From Escherichia coli (GTDB taxonomy: Bacteria; Pseudomonadota; Gammaproteobacteria; Enterobacterales; Enterobacteriaceae), in the NCBI RefSeq assembly GCF_003334255.1, contig NZ_QOWU01000213.1: a stretch of 598 nt of DNA; one strand, 5' to 3'. Position 1 is the stretch's first letter; each line of letters starts with the position of its first letter. Of the stretch, positions 1-598 are shown piece after piece. The position numbers and the translations under genes were made by a program. The notes beneath the pieces are model-generated. The model saw only the letters and a program-made list of their open reading frames with translations. It did no database searches and was not told the origin of the DNA.

Positions 1-237
1 AAAAAAGGCGTTACGGACTTTCAGGGGAAGTAGTGGTCTGGTGACTGGAAATATGTACCGAAAAAAGAGGATTGTAACGACAGGCCGAACTATGAAATTC
101 AGGCCTTATTCACTGCCCCGCCAGTCCCGGTTACATCAGAAGAACTGGTTAAAGCTGTGCACTTTTATGAACAACTAAAACGCGAAAATCCACCAGCATC
201 CGGAAACCTGATTACAGATTCCCAGATAAGGCAATGA
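1..237 (+). pseudogene. 3' part of a protein-coding frame (frame 1) of unknown product, interrupted by an in-frame amber codon (TAG 31-33), ending at TGA 235-237
   Basis: Frame 1 is open from the window edge to 237 except for a single TAG at 31-33. It translates as KKGVTDFQGK*WSGDWKYVPKKEDCNDRPNYEIQALFTAPPVPVTSEELVKAVHFYEQLKRENPPASGNLITDSQIRQ*. The composition is balanced and protein-like, with about 31% G at codon position 1 and frequent CCG, CTG, AAA and GAA codons. There is no in-frame ATG between 34 and 237, and the only in-frame GTG (157-159) would give 26 aa. Frame 2 is also open from 2 to 175, but its translation has no Asp or Glu, is Arg/Lys-rich, and has only about 11% G at codon position 1, so it looks like an out-of-frame shadow. 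Whether the upstream gene simply ends at 33 or the whole stretch is a nonsense-disrupted gene cannot be settled from this window. Confidence 0.4.
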
Positions 238-307
238 GCTACCTGGCGCAGAACGGGCTGATAAGTATGGGGAATGTTTTACGATGAATATTTAGACTAA
301 AGAGTTT

Positions 308-322
308 GTAACGCTATGTAAG
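308..322 (+). promoter_or_regulatory. tandem direct repeat GTAAC-N5-GTAAG (10-bp periodicity), candidate response-regulator binding site
   Basis: Seen directly: GTAAC (308-312), spacer GCTAT, GTAAG (318-322), each half preceded by T. This resembles tandem half-sites of OmpR/PhoB-family regulators, for example the CpxR consensus GTAAA-N5-GTAAA, with 4 of 5 matches in each half. It lies about 85-100 bp upstream of the ATG at 408. It is a motif resemblance only and could arise by chance in AT-rich DNA. Confidence 0.2.
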
Positions 323-397
323 TGATTTTTTCTGGTTTAGATATTTATATGTCCGGCCAAACTGAGGTGTGTTTAAATGTAATTGCACATTGATTGT

Positions 398-403
398 AGG
401 AGG
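398..403 (+). promoter_or_regulatory. Shine-Dalgarno sequence (AGGAGG) for the downstream small ORF
   Basis: A perfect AGGAGG at 398-403 is followed by a 4-nt spacer (AATA) and ATG at 408-410. The in-frame GTG at 369 used by the supplied ORF track has only GAGG directly abutting it (364-367, 1-nt spacer), which is a poor geometry. Confidence 0.7.
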
Positions 404-407
404 AATA

Positions 408-587
408 ATGAAAAACGCATTGCAGTTTTTGTTTGTTGCGTTCTGGTTGTTCGTATCATGTATGCCCATCATCTTCACAGCAAGGTATATGGAAAAAGTT
501 GATGTTTTGATATTAATATTTGGATATATAAATGCCCTTTTTTTAGGGGTGTTCATGGCGGTCATGTGCATTGAATACTGGCGGTAA
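408..587 (+). CDS. small hydrophobic membrane protein, 59 aa, two predicted transmembrane helices, function unknown
   Basis: ATG 408 to TAA 585-587 encodes MKNALQFLFVAFWLFVSCMPIIFTARYMEKVDVLILIFGYINALFLGVFMAVMCIEYWR. There are two hydrophobic stretches (about residues 4-25 and 33-55) separated by a short charged loop RYMEKVD, with a short C-terminal EYWR. A strong SD sits upstream. GC is about 37% with rare codons (ATA x3, TTA, AGG, CGG, GGA). The supplied 72-aa ORF from GTG 369 is the same frame with an N-terminal extension that I consider unlikely. Confidence 0.7.
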   Translation: MKNALQFLFVAFWLFVSCMPIIFTARYMEKVDVLILIFGYINALFLGVFMAVMCIEYWR

Positions 588-598
588 ATACAGCGAAC

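Noticed and set aside
2-178. Frame 2 open reading frame running in from the left edge to TAA 176-178
   Set aside because: The translation has no acidic residues, is heavily Arg/Lys-rich, and has only about 11% G at codon position 1. That is characteristic of an out-of-frame reading of the real frame-1 gene. It is retained only as the zero frame in the frameshift hypothesis.
322-335. Possible intrinsic terminator at the T6 tract (326-331) after the upstream gene
   Set aside because: No GC-rich stem-loop precedes the T tract; the upstream sequence TTTGTAACGCTATGTAAGTGA has no self-complementarity. It is more likely part of the AT-rich promoter region.
349-393. 14-codon ORF MSGQTEVCLNVIAH in the intergenic region
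   Set aside because: There is no SD and it lies within the probable promoter and leader. It is indistinguishable from chance.
376-395. CRP-like (TGTAA...) or FNR-like (TTGAT) half-sites
   Set aside because: Only one half-site of each is present, with poor matches in the partner half. This is not enough to call a site.
534-550. GCCC-T7-AGGGG potential hairpin
   Set aside because: It lies inside the coding sequence, the stem is only 3-4 bp with a 9-nt loop, and the T-run is in the loop rather than 3' of a stem, so it is not a terminator.
314-571. 85-aa ORF on the minus strand from the supplied track (MHMTAMNTPKK...)
   Set aside because: It lies antisense to the well-supported plus-strand small gene and its AT-rich leader. 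There is no SD upstream of its ATG (the upstream sequence on that strand is CCGCCAGTATTCA). Its Asn/Lys/Thr/Ile-rich translation is what the reverse complement of AT-rich hydrophobic coding DNA produces. It is most likely a shadow ORF.
369-587. GTG-initiated 72-aa version of the small gene (MFKCNCTLIVGGI-MKNAL...)
   Set aside because: The GTG at 369 has only GAGG immediately adjacent (1-nt spacer), whereas ATG 408 has a perfect AGGAGG with a 4-nt spacer. The extension would translate through the SD and the AT-rich leader. I prefer the 408 start.

Overview
This 598-bp window has three parts. (1) Positions 1-237, + strand: the 3' end of a protein-like reading frame (frame 1, about 45% GC) that is broken by an in-frame TAG at 31-33 and has no canonical start codon downstream of it before the TGA at 235-237. 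I read this as a nonsense-disrupted gene (pseudogene); the alternative is a gene ending at 33 followed by a coding-like remnant. (2) Positions 288-407: an AT-rich (about 32% GC) intergenic region with a tandem direct repeat GTAAC-N5-GTAAG, a short inverted repeat in the presumptive leader, and a perfect AGGAGG Shine-Dalgarno. (3) Positions 408-587, + strand: a 59-aa very hydrophobic protein with two predicted transmembrane helices, AT-rich (about 37% GC) and rich in rare codons. I do not recognise either protein and give no gene symbols. No tRNA, rRNA, CRISPR or mobile-element termini are visible. The window is too short to define a system; the most interesting candidate is the orphan-looking small membrane protein with a possible response-regulator site upstream, next to a decayed gene. 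All functional readings are hypotheses that need homology searches and wider genomic context.
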